From Azolla caroliniana (lineage: Eukaryota > Plantae > Polypodiophyta): DNA of 64,000 bases. Numbering within the stretch: the stretch's first letter is position 1; each line of letters starts with the position of its first letter. Made by a program: the position numbers and the translations under genes. The notes under the pieces were generated by a model. It did not search any database. It saw only the letters and a list, made by a program, of their open reading frames with translations, and was not told the origin of the DNA. Shown one piece after another: positions 11,870 through 23,198 of this stretch. Where the stretch lies: contig JBHGNT010000001.1 in assembly GCA_043228905.1 (NCBI GenBank), positions 15,190,001 through 15,254,000 of the forward strand, in the 5' to 3' direction.

Positions 11870-14160
11870 AGAGTTGACAACGAGTGGAAGGAGATACCCA
11901 CTCAGAGAAAGGAGAGCACCGACAACATATGCCAGTCAATACATCCTCTTGACTGATGAAGGTGAGCTAGAGTGGTATGATACATTCATTGCCGATGAGC
12001 ACAGAGAGAAATGGTTGAACGCGAGGCAAGATGAGATGGACTCCTTGCACGAAAACTACACCTACGACCTGGTCGAATTACCGAAAGGTAAGAGAGCACT
12101 CAGGAACAAATGGGTCTACAAGGTGAAGACTGGAGAAGTCGACACTGCGCCTAGTCATAAAGCCCGCATTGTGGTGAAGGGTTTCCAACCAAAAAAGGGT
12201 GTCGACTTTGACAAAATATTCACTCCAATCGTGAAGATGACATCCATTAGAACTGTTCCGAGCATAGATGCTAGCATGGATCTAGATATCGAATTGTTGG
12301 ATATCAAAATGGCATTCTTGCACGGGGAGTTGGATGAAGAGATCTACATGTAGCAACCCGAAGGTTTTGTCCAGAAAGGGAAAGAGAATCTGGTGTGTCG
12401 ACTGAAGAAAAGCTGGTACGGCCTAAAACAAGCTCCACGCCCATGGTACAAGAAGTTCAAGTCCTTCATGGTGGAACATGGGTTCCAGAAAACATAGGCT
12501 GATCATTATGTGTTCGTCAAAAGGTACGATGTAGGTGATTTCTTGATTCTCTTATTATATGTAGAGGACATGTTGATAGTCAGTCAAGATACAAGGAAGA
12601 TTGGAAGCTTGAAGAAAGCTCTAGGCAAGTCATTTTCCATGAAAGATCTTGGTCTGGCTAAACAGATCTTAGGGATGCACATAGTTCGGGACAGAACTAA
12701 GAAAGTGTTGTGGTTGTCACAGCTGAAATATGTGACGAAGATCCTAGAAAGATTCAACATGACAGAAGCAAAGCCGATCGGCTCTATGTACCCGACTAAC
12801 TACAAGTTAAATGCAAAGCAATGCCCGAGAGGAGAGAAGGAAAAGGATGAGATGAGGAAAGTACCATATGCCTCAATCGTCGGTAGTCTAATGTATGATA
12901 TGGTCGGCAAGAGACCAGACATAGCTTTTGTTATGGGAACAGTTAGCCGATACATGAGTAATCGAGGAAGAGAGCATTGGCAAGTGGTGAAGTGGATACT
13001 CGGGCACTTAAAGGCACCTCGAGGGTATGCCTAAGGTATGGTGTCGGAAAACCATACATGTCAGGGGATGTAGATTCAAGCCTATCCACGTTAGGGTACG
13101 TGATGACCTATGCAGAGGGAACAATATTGTCGCAGTCACGACTGCAGAAGTCTGTGACCTTATCGACCACAAAGGCAAAGTATATGGCAGCGGTAGAGGC
13201 TGCAAAGGAGCTAATTTGGATGAGAAACTTCCTCAGCGATTTGGGAATAAAGAAAAGGTATTTCTTACTTCATTGTGATAGCCAGAGTGCCATACACCTA
13301 GCCAAGAATGATGCATACCACTCCCGGACCAAGCACATATAGAGAAGGTGTCACTGGTTGCGGGAGAAAGTTGAAGAGAGAAAGTTTGCCCCCGTGAAGA
13401 TCCATACTGACGACAATGGATCCGACATGCTGACAAAGAACCTACCGATGGATAGACTCAACGCCTGTTGACAGAGGACAAGAATAACAGACCCCTCCCC
13501 ATAGAAGTGAAGGAGGAGTTTGTTGGGAATATGTCCCTCTAGTGGACGGAGCTGATTGTTTGGGCCAAGAAGTGTCGACAGTTGAAGACTAGGAGGAGAA
13601 AATTGCTCAGGCCTAGTACCGATGGTTGAAGAGTCGACTATGAGAGTCGACAAAAAGGAGATCCAAGTCGATCACGCGACCGACTAGTCGGGCCGACCAG
13701 ATGGTCGATGACCAGGCTGAATAGTCGGACCGGCTGGACAATCAACACTAGGGTCGACTGATGGCTACTTATTATTACAGATAATAATAGTGGTGTTGTG
13801 TAGTAGTGGCTACATTTGTAAATAGCCCATACAGAGTATAAGTATAAATACACTTAGGGCAAGTACTGTTTGTGTGTTTTGATGCAAAACTGTATGTGAT
13901 CCTCTGTTGTAGAGAACGATAAAGAAGTGTGAGAACAGGAAGAGAGTCTGTGTGAGAGGCGCCATACTCATGTTCTGTAAGAGCCCTGCGTGGCTGATAC
14001 ACTCAGATGAGAGAGTGTTGTACTCTGATCCCATACTTGTATATCCACTATATATAGTAAAGTTGTGTTCTCCGTGGTTTTCTCCCGCTTTAGGGTTTCC
14101 ATGTAGAATATGTGCGCATTGTCTTCTGTGTTTCCGAACTGTGTATTTCAGCACATTCCA
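11870..14160 (+). mobile_element. 5'-truncated Tnt1-like copia (RT, RNase H, 3' LTR ~13521-14160)
   Basis: LLLYVEDML, VPYASIVGSLMY and HCDSQSAIHLAKN..HSRTKHI motifs; purine tract then TGTTGGG. LTR is similar to 35804-36419. Confidence 0.85.
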
Positions 14161-14965
14161 TTATTGTGGATTGACGATTCGTTTCTCAACAATAAAGGGG
14201 GTCGCGATCAACCCAAGTCTACGAGACCCGGCTAGCATAGGGCACCGGTTCACCAATGAGATACTTCGAAAGTTGAAGATTGGTGGGGGTGGCTCTCTAT
14301 TGCAGGTGGAGGAGGACTGGTTTTGGAGAACGCTGGAGGGGCACAAGAAGTAGAGCAACAAGCACCGGAGGAGAGCGGAGCTAGAGAACCAGTACAACAG
14401 GAGCCAACGAGAGTTGAAGAACCGGAGTAGCCACTCCACCCAGACTCGGACACAGCGGCAGGGGCAGAGCAGCAACAAAACGACGTACCACTCGATCCTC
14501 TAGAGCAAATTCTGTTGGATATTTTGGACGAAGAGTGAGGCAATTGTGTGGGTTCGAAGTGCAATGCACTTTCCCACAGGCGTGCCATGTGTTGGCCAGT
14601 TAAGGGCCAAAGGATAAGTGGGAAAAGGGCGAGTCAGAGAAATATATATATTTAGATTTAAATAGAATTATTATTCGGAGGGACGGATCCGATATAGTTG
14701 TACCGATCCGGATCCGAACCGATTCGTAGCCAATTGCCGATAGGGCACTGTTTTGTAATGACACCAGATTCTTATAAAAGGATCCGACCCAATGTAATGT
14801 TTATGGAAGTAATTCATGCTTGCGTCTTTTATACTTACTATTTGTGGTTAATATTAAGATCTTACGCGTGTTAATTACGGAAGCATCCTAACTGTACCAC
14901 CCCTTTGGAGAAGTGTTCCGGGAGAGGACACCTTGGGTTGTGGCTAGTCCGGCCAAGAATCAACA
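14161..14965 (-). mobile_element. LTR (14590-14965) with adjacent tRNA-Arg-like PBS (14572-14587) and leader fragment
   Basis: TGTTGG...TCAACA termini. The minus strand reads TGGCACGCCTGTGGGA two bases from the LTR. The LTR abuts a copia RT remnant at 14966. Confidence 0.65.
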
Positions 14966-15123
14966 CCATTCTATGCAACTGTTGCGTAATCTTCACGTTC
15001 CAAGTTCGCGGGCCTTGTTTAAGTCCATATAACGCCTTCTTCAATCAAAAAATTGCCCAAGTGTTCTGTTCTGATAGAAATATACACTTGTTCCCCAAGA
15101 TCACCTTGCAAGAACGCATTATT

Positions 15124-18100
15124 TGTTGGGAGACAAGTCCCTCCGGATGGGAAGGGAGAAGAACAGTGCTGAAGAACACTTGCCGAAACTGTATGAGGAG
15201 GACCCGGCTACGGAGAGCCGGATGGTGCAGACCCGGTATGAACCGGATGAGGAGTACCCGGCTACGGAGCGTCGGATGGTACAAACCCGGTGAGAACCGG
15301 ATGAAGAGACATATTCGTAAATATGTTTCTGACAGTCCATCAAGGCTATATTTGTAAATAGCCAAAAATTCATATTAGTATAAATATGACTTAGGGCAAA
15401 CTTTTAGTAGTTGTTGTCATTCCTGTTTTGCACGAGATTAGAGCGCGTAACAGTGTACACAAAGAGAGAGAGAGAGAAAGAGGTTGTTGCCTCTGTGGTA
15501 ACCGCCGCCTGTGGCGAAGATCGTGAGCACGAGGTCGTTGCCTCCGTGAACTCATTGTTTGTACATTCCAACATAGTGATAGTTTGCAGCCTGTGGGCTG
15601 CCGTGGTTTTTCCCTTAGTTTGGGTTTTCCACGTAAACATCCTGTGTACCTTTTCTCTCCTTTGTGTCGTTCTTTATTTCCCGTTTTCTATGCATGAATC
15701 TAAGCTTGGTTGTGGCCGAGCGTTGTGTATAGGGAGCGTTCAGTTCCCGTTAAGTGGTATCAGAGCAAAACGACACAGAAAATGGACGAATCGTTTGGCG
15801 GCATGTTCAAGCTCACCGGCTCCAACTATTGAGTGTGGAAGTCGAAGATGAGGGACATGCTCGTGGTTAAAGACCTCTGGCTGTCGGTTCAGTTCGGGGA
15901 CAAGAGACCGGACAAAATCGACGCCGCGATCTGGGAGGTGATGCACATGAAGACAACGGCGTACATACCGTACTTCATCGACATGAGCCTTTACAACAAC
16001 TTCAATGAAGAGAGCAAAGCTCATGAGCTCTGGGAGAAGATCGGCATAATGTTTCAAAACAAAAATGCCGTTAATCAGGTTTCGGTATTCCGGAAGCTAG
16101 TAAGACTCCGGTACCAAGATGGCTCCAGCATGGTGGAGCACATGAATGACATCTAGGGGCTGATCCACCAGGCAACTTCATTGGAAGTACCTCTCGCCGA
16201 TGAGGTACTAGCGCAACTCCTGCTCGGTTCCCTCCCGGATAGCTGGGAGACGTTGGTTGTCACTTTGGGCAACGCCGGGCCGGAAGGAAAACAGTTATCC
16301 CTAGCAAGAGTAAAGTCGAGCTTGCTAGTTGAGGAGGCACGTCGGAAAGATAAAGATACGAGCTCCGACTCCAAAGCGCTCCTTACCGAATCGGAACGCG
16401 GAAGACATAGAAACCGTAGTCCCCAGAACCGGGAGAAGTCGGGGACATGGTCAAAGTCAAGGGGGAGGCCCACTTGCTTCTATTGTGGCAAGCCAGGACA
16501 CTTCCAAAAGAACTGTAGGCATTTCCGAAAAGATAAGGAGACCGACGGTACCGATTCGAAGCGCACCCCGGACCGGAAGGGAACGATGGCAATCGCGGCA
16601 AGTGAAGAAGAGTTGATGCTCATCACCGAGGAGAGTGAGATAAACCTTGCTGGCGACGAGATGACTTGGGTGGTAGACTCCGGAGCATCGTTCCACCTTA
16701 CCCCGGACCGGAAATGCTTCTCATCCTACTCAGCTGGTGATCACGGCTGTGTCCGGATGGGGAATGAAGGTACATGCCGAATTGTCGGCATAGGAGACGT
16801 GTGGCTGTCAACACCAACCGGATGCAAGTTCCTGCTAAAGGATGTCTGACACGTTTCGGAGGTTCGTCTGAACCTGATATCAGTCGGTGGGCTGGACGAT
16901 GAAGGCTACACGGGTAGCATCCGAAACGGTGTCATGAAGTTCAGCAAAGGGAGCCTAATTGTGGCTCGGGCCCGGAAGGTCAACACACTGTACCTGATGA
17001 GTGCCCGGTTATGTCTGGAAGAAGTGAACATGGCATCCGACACTGCCGGTGAGTTGTGGCACAAGAGGCTGTGTCATATGCGTGAGAAGGGGATGAAGAG
17101 ACTTGCAGACGACAACCTCATTCCTTGAAGAACGTGCACTTGGAGAAGTGCACTGATTGTCTGGCCGGTAAGCAAAACCGGACCTCCTTCCGACCAAGGC
17201 CACCGATGAGACGTAATGCACCACTGGAGTTGGTGCATACGGATGTGTGTCAAGTAGACACGAAGTCACATGCCGGAGCACAGTACTTCGTGACGTTCAT
17301 AGATGAACACATCCGGAAGCTGTGGGCCACACCATTGAAGTCGAAGGATCAGGTGTTATCCGTCTTCAAAGAGCTCCATGCAAGAGTGGAAAGAGAAACC
17401 GGCCGGAAGCTGAAGGCGGTTCGAGCAGATAACGGAGGAGAATACCGGGGGCAGTTCGAGGAGTACTGCCACTCGAAGGGAATCCAGCTCGAATTTACCG
17501 TGCCGAAGACGCTGGAACTAAATGGGTTGGCCGAGAGGATGAACCGGACCATAATGGAGAGGGTCCGGAGTATGCTAGCGCATGCAAAACTACCCAAGAA
17601 GTTTTGGGCTGAGGCACTGTTGACGGCGACATATGTGATAAATAGATCACCCTCAGTACCCTTGGACGGAGACACGCCATAGAGAGTATGGACCGGTAAG
17701 GAAGTCTCCTACCGGCATCTGAAGGTGTTCGGGTGTCTCACGTACGTGCATGTAGCTAAGGACCGGAGAGGAAAGTTAGATCGAAAGACCCGGCCATGCA
17801 TATTCCTCGGTTACGGTGACGATGAGCTCGGCTACCGAGTGTGGGACCTGGTCGACAAGAAGGTATTCCGGAGTCGAGATATTATCTTCATGGAGAACAA
17901 GACGCTTGCCGACTGGGAGTCGGAGAAGAAGATAATGAACTCCGAGTCGACCGGTAAGGATCGACTCTACGATGAGCAGACCCAACCGGCAAGAGACCGG
18001 TTAGCACTCGAGGGACCAGACGGTTATGGTGAGGATACCGAACGGGCTGAAGAAGAAGTAGAGGAAGCTGAAACCAGAACCGGCCAAAACCCCGAATCGG

Positions 18101-20513
18101 ATTCGGATGAAGAGCAGATGGATGAGCCGGTCACCAAAGCCCAGAGACGGAGATATCCTCTCAGAGAGAGAAGGGCCCCCCGGAGATTTCCGGATGCAGA
18201 GCATGTTCTGCTGACCGATGAGGGGGAGTTGGAAAGCTTCGAAGAAGCGAAGGAAGACACCCACATCCGAAAATGGTTAAGTGCAATGCAGGATGAGATG
18301 GATTCCCTGCATGAGAACCATACGTACGAATTGGTGGAGTTGCCGAAAGGAAAGCGGGCACTCTAAAACAAGTGGGTGTACAAGTTGAAACCGGGAGATG
18401 TCGGCAACCCCCCGAGATACAAAGCCAGGATCGTGGTGAAGGGGTTCCAGCAGAAGAAGGGCGTGGACTTCGACGAGATATTTTCCCCGGTAGTAAAGAT
18501 GACCTCCATCCGGACAGTGCTAAGTATAGCGGCAAGCATGGACCTCGAGGTAGAGCAGCTAGACGTGAAGACGACATTCCTTCACGGTGACCTCCAAGAA
18601 GAGATCTACATGCAGCAACCGGAAGGATTCGTGGAGAAAGGGAAGGAGCACTTGATTTGCCGGTTGAAGAAGAGCCTCTACGGGTTGAAGCAGGCCCCCC
18701 GGCAATGGTACCGGAAGTTCGATTCCTTCATAGCCGATCAAGGGTACCACAAGACGCAGGCCGATCACTGCGTGTTTGTGAAGAAGTTCGAAGGAGACGA
18801 CTTCTTGATACTCCTTCTGTACGTGGACGACATGTTGATCGTCGGACGTGACCAAGTCAAAATACGGATGCTGAAGAAGGCTCTCAACCGGACCTTCTCA
18901 ATGAAAGACTTGGGTCCGGCAAGACAGATGCTGGGGATGCAGATCATTCGGGACCGGTCAAAGAAGCAATTATGGCTGTTACAGGAGAAGTACGTGACAA
19001 AGTTGCTTCACCGGTTCAACATGTCAGATGCGAAACCGGTCGAATCGACACTTCCGGCAAACTGCAAGCTATCCGGTAAGCAAAGCCCGAAGACGAAAGC
19101 AGAGAAGGCGGATATGATGAAGATTCCATATGCCTCTGCCGTCGGGAGCTTGATGTACGCAATGGTGTGTACCCGACCGGATATAGGATACGCAGTCGGA
19201 GTGGTGAGCCGGTTCATGAGCAATCCCGGCAAGGAGCACTGGAACGCGGTCAAATGGATACTCTGGTATTTGAAGGGCACTTCAAATATGTGTCTCCGAT
19301 TCGGCTCTGGAAAACCTTAACTAGACGGTTTCACCGATTCGGACATGTCGGCTGATGTGGATACCAGCCGGTATACATCCGGGTATGTAATGACATATGC
19401 AGGGGGAGCTGTTTCGTGGCAGTCGAGGCTGCATAAGACGGTTGCGTTGTCAACCACAGAGGTTGAGTACATGGCGACTGTGGAAGTCGGGAAGGAAATC
19501 TTATGGATGAAGGACTTCATCGGAGAGCTCGGTATCCAGCAAGATGAATTCCGGCTCTATTGCGACAGTCAAAGTGCCATCCACCTTGCTAAGAATGCGG
19601 CCTACCATTCCCGGACGAAGCATATCCAGCGGAGGTATCACTGGATCCGGGAAAGAGTAGATAACCAAGAATTCGCATTGACGAAGATCCACACGGCCGA
19701 GAACGGGTCAGATATGCTAACCAAAGTGCTGACACCCGACAAGCTAGACACATGCTGGAAGAGGATCAGACTGGTAAGACACCCCATGTCGGAGTGAAGG
19801 GGGAGTTTGTTGGGAGACAGATCCCTCCGGATGGGAAGGGAGAATAACAGTGCTGATGAACAAACTCAGCCGAGGCCTATTGGCCTCAGCCGAAACCGTA
19901 TGAGGAGGACCCGGCTACGGAGAGCCGGATGGTGCAGACCCGGTATGAACCGGATGAGGAGTACCCGGCTATGGAGAGCCGGATGGTGCAGACCCGGTAT
20001 GAACCGGATGAGGAGTACCCGGCTACGGAGAGCCGGATGGTACAGACCCGGTGAGAACCGGATGAAGAGACATATTCGTAAATATGTTTCTGAGAGTCCA
20101 TCGAGGCTATATTTTTAAATAACCGAAAAGTCATATTAGTATAAATATGACTTAGGGCAAACTTTTAGTAGTTGTTGTCATTCCTGTTTTGCACGAGATT
20201 AGAGCATGTAACAGTGTACACAAAGAGAGAGAGAGAGAAAGAGGTTGCTGCCTCTGTTGTAACCGCCGCTTGTGGCGAAGATCGTGAGCACGAGGTCGTT
20301 GCCTCCGTGAACTCATTGTTTGTACATTCCAACATAGTGATAGTTTGCAGCCTGTGGGCTGCCGTGGTTTTTCCCTTTGTTTGGGTTTTCCACGTAAACA
20401 TCCTGTGTACCTTTTCTCTCCTTTGTGTCGTTCTTTATTTCCCGTTTTCTGTGCATGAATCTAAGCTTGGTTGTGGCCGAGCGTTGTGTATAGGGAGTGT
20501 TCAGTTCCCGTCA
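15124..20513 (+). mobile_element. Full-length Tnt1-like Ty1/copia retrotransposon (element A), TSD TTATT
   Basis: LTRs 15124-15752 and 19808-20513. PBS TGGTATCAGAGC (tRNA-iMet) at 15755-15766; PPT before 19808. TTATT at 15119-15123 and 20514-20518. Confidence 0.95.
15782..19797 (+). pseudogene. gag-pol of element A (gag, protease, integrase, RT, RNase H), multiply interrupted
   Basis: CFYCGKPGHFQKNC knuckle, WVVDSGAS protease, VHTDV..RADNGGEY..NGLAERMN integrase, LYVDDML RT, YCDSQSAI RNase H; several stops and a frameshift. Confidence 0.95.
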
Positions 20514-21098
20514 TTATTTACATCCATCTGATGTAGATGCCACCCCTTCACCGCAGCTACGGCTAGCAGAACTCGCACGGTAGTCATCTTCACAACTAGT
20601 GTGAAGGTCTCGTCGTAATCGATGTCGTGTTTCTGCGCATAGCCTTTCGCAACCAAACAGGACTTATATCGGTTGACTGAGCCGTTAGTGTTGTATTTCA
20701 CCTTAAACACCCATATGCATCCGATCGGCTTTACACCTTTAGGTGCGTCAACAAGGTTCCAAGTCTCATTATCCATTAAAGTGCGGCCTCTTCTTCCATC
20801 ACGGCACGCCAATTCACATCTTTCGCCGCTTCTGTGTAGTTCTTTAGCTCACGCACTTCCGCCACTCGTGTCATGTATGTATAATGGTGCGACATGTATT
20901 CGTTGTACCTGTATCTTTTTACGGGTTTCTTCCAGTGGGTAGATCGGCGTAATTCGTGATTAGCCGATTTCACAACCTTTCCGGCTGATTTTGACCTCTT
21001 CTGCAGAGGTTCCTTCTCGATTGACCCGACTTTAGATTCGTTCCGTTCTAACTTGGCACTACTAAAATCGTATTCCGACATTTTCTTCTCATTTGACT

Positions 21099-21800
21099 CT
21101 ATTGGTCGAACGACTCGGTCAAGTGATGGGCTTCTACAGATTCATCAATGGTAAGTCCCATCGATTTTCGCCGAATGTGCTCGGTGAGAACGTGCTCGAT
21201 CGTCTCTTCCAGATTTAGGATCGGTTGGCTATTGGTGTATGTCGTGCAAAATACCTGCCAACTTGCCAGCAAGCTCGATAGGAGGGCAAGGGCTTTCATG
21301 TGATCCCTTGTGAGGACAGTTCTGACAACACCCGACTGAAGCTTTTGATGTGGGAGTTAGCCGGATCGGACATTGTCATCTTCATGTTGAGCAACTGTTT
21401 GATTAAAATCAGTTTTGAAGATGTGGACTTTTTCTCGTACACGGCTTGTAGTTTCTCCCACAATGAGAACGCCATCGTCTCTTTTGCCATGCTGAAGTAG
21501 AAGTTTTAGGCCAGATGCATTCGGATGGTGGAGCATGCGATTTCTTCTGTAGATCTCCACTTTTCGACTGTCATCGAGGCAAGTTTTTGACTGTGTCAAA
21601 TGGCTTCAACTTGTCTTCTGATGATCAACACATCCTGCATCATCTCCTTCCAAAGGGCAAAGTTTTTGCCATCGAATTTTCTGATTTCAACTGATGTTTC
21701 GGATGTTGAACCCATATTCTTCTTTGAATGTGAGATTTTATTGACTTGGTCTTTTTCCGTTATATATTGCCGCCGCGTAGCAAGTCGCACTGATACCAGT
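21099..21800 (-). pseudogene. Copia gag remnant with tRNA-iMet PBS (21787-21798); LTR probably starts ~21801
   Basis: KFDGKNFALWKEMMQDVL and LWEKLQAVYEKKS gag motifs. GCACTGATACCA is the reverse complement of a PBS. Confidence 0.75.
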
Positions 21801-23198
21801 TGAGGGATAGATATGTGCGGAAATGTATGTGAGGACCTATCGTTTTTGCTCAGCAAACAACATAGAATGAAGGCAAGAAGATATAGACAGATGCTAGACA
21901 CACGGATGAAGCTTTAATGGAATCTATCTTTATTTTTGTTTCCTCTCTCCCTCTTAAAGACTTGATGTACAAGATGATCAAGTGTTTTTCTTTACAATGT
22001 TAGGTTATCGCTTATATACTAAGCCATAACTCTTTAGATGAGTTCACACTAGGATACAAAGTGGAAGGAGTCGGCCTTTTATGCCAACATATATGATGGT
22101 CTGTATTACTTTTAGGAGGTAACCCATGTGGTAGTTCACTCGGGAAAACATCACGAAAATAATTTCAGATTTACAATAACGTATATAACCCATTCATAAA
22201 TAGTTCTTGAGTTGCTTAATGCCTCATCCTCTTCGAATCTAGTTAAGAGATACATAGGTATACTTATTAGTGCAACACTAGGTACAATATCTGTACAATT
22301 GTCTATATTACATTTACGAGGTAACCCATGTGGTACTTCACTCGGAAAAACATTACGAAAATCATTTAAGATTTCATCGAGTTATTGTTGTTGAAAATAT
22401 GATAATTGACCCGACACATTATCGATATTATAAACGTGAAAGTTCAGATCAAGTACACAATAAAATAAAGAAAAACAAGACAACTTGGATATTGATGGAG
22501 AGGAAACAATCGAAAGAGATTGTTTATTTACACATTGAATAAAATGAGTACAATCGTTCAGTACAACGGAAATGGAATGGCGAACCCAATCAATAGACAA
22601 AGAAGAGGTTTTATTTTAAAACCAGGGATAACCTAGTATTACATTAGTGGTACAAAGATTCATTAGATGGAAGTCTACTTCCTTTATATAAGTATCAATA
22701 GAAATTCGTAATGAATGAATTGCCCCGTTGATGTATTGTACTCTTCCATCAGCCAAGTGCACCTTATAGATGTGATCATTTACATACTAAAATCGGAAGT
22801 TGTGGGATTTCATACTAAAATCTAAAGATCAAGTACTGTCATTTTTCAAGGAGTTCCAAGCAAGAGCTGAACAGGAGTCAGGTTTGAGGAATGGTGGTGA
22901 ATATAAAGGGCAGTTTGAGCAATACTACAAGGCCCAAGGTATTCGAATCGAATACACTGTACCAAAAACCCCTGTGTTGAACGGGCTTGTATAGAGGATG
23001 AATCGAACAATCATGGAGAGAGTAAGGAGCATGCTCTCTCATGCTAAACTTCCGAAATCGTATTGGGCTGAGGCGATGTACACATCAGTTTACCTGATCA
23101 ATATGACCCCTTTGTACCACTGAAAGGTGATGTCCCACAAATGGTGTGGATAGGAAATGATGTCTCCTACGGACACCTGAGGGTGTTTGGTTGCTTAG

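Larger units (their letters stand above)
14966..21090 (-). pseudogene. Family C copia RT remnant split by element A (parts 14966-15123 and 20514-21090)
   Basis: Joining across the TSD restores [17 protein letters not shown]. Confidence 0.85.

Noticed and set aside
14548-14587. tRNA gene (GGTTCGA...CCA)
   Set aside because: Only the 3' third of a tRNA is mimicked, CCA is encoded and it abuts an LTR, so it is a primer-binding site.
15411-15851. Hydrophobic ORFs in LTRs (also 20172..20531 and 13952..14353)
   Set aside because: Chance ORFs in T-rich U5 sequence, duplicated only because the LTRs are.
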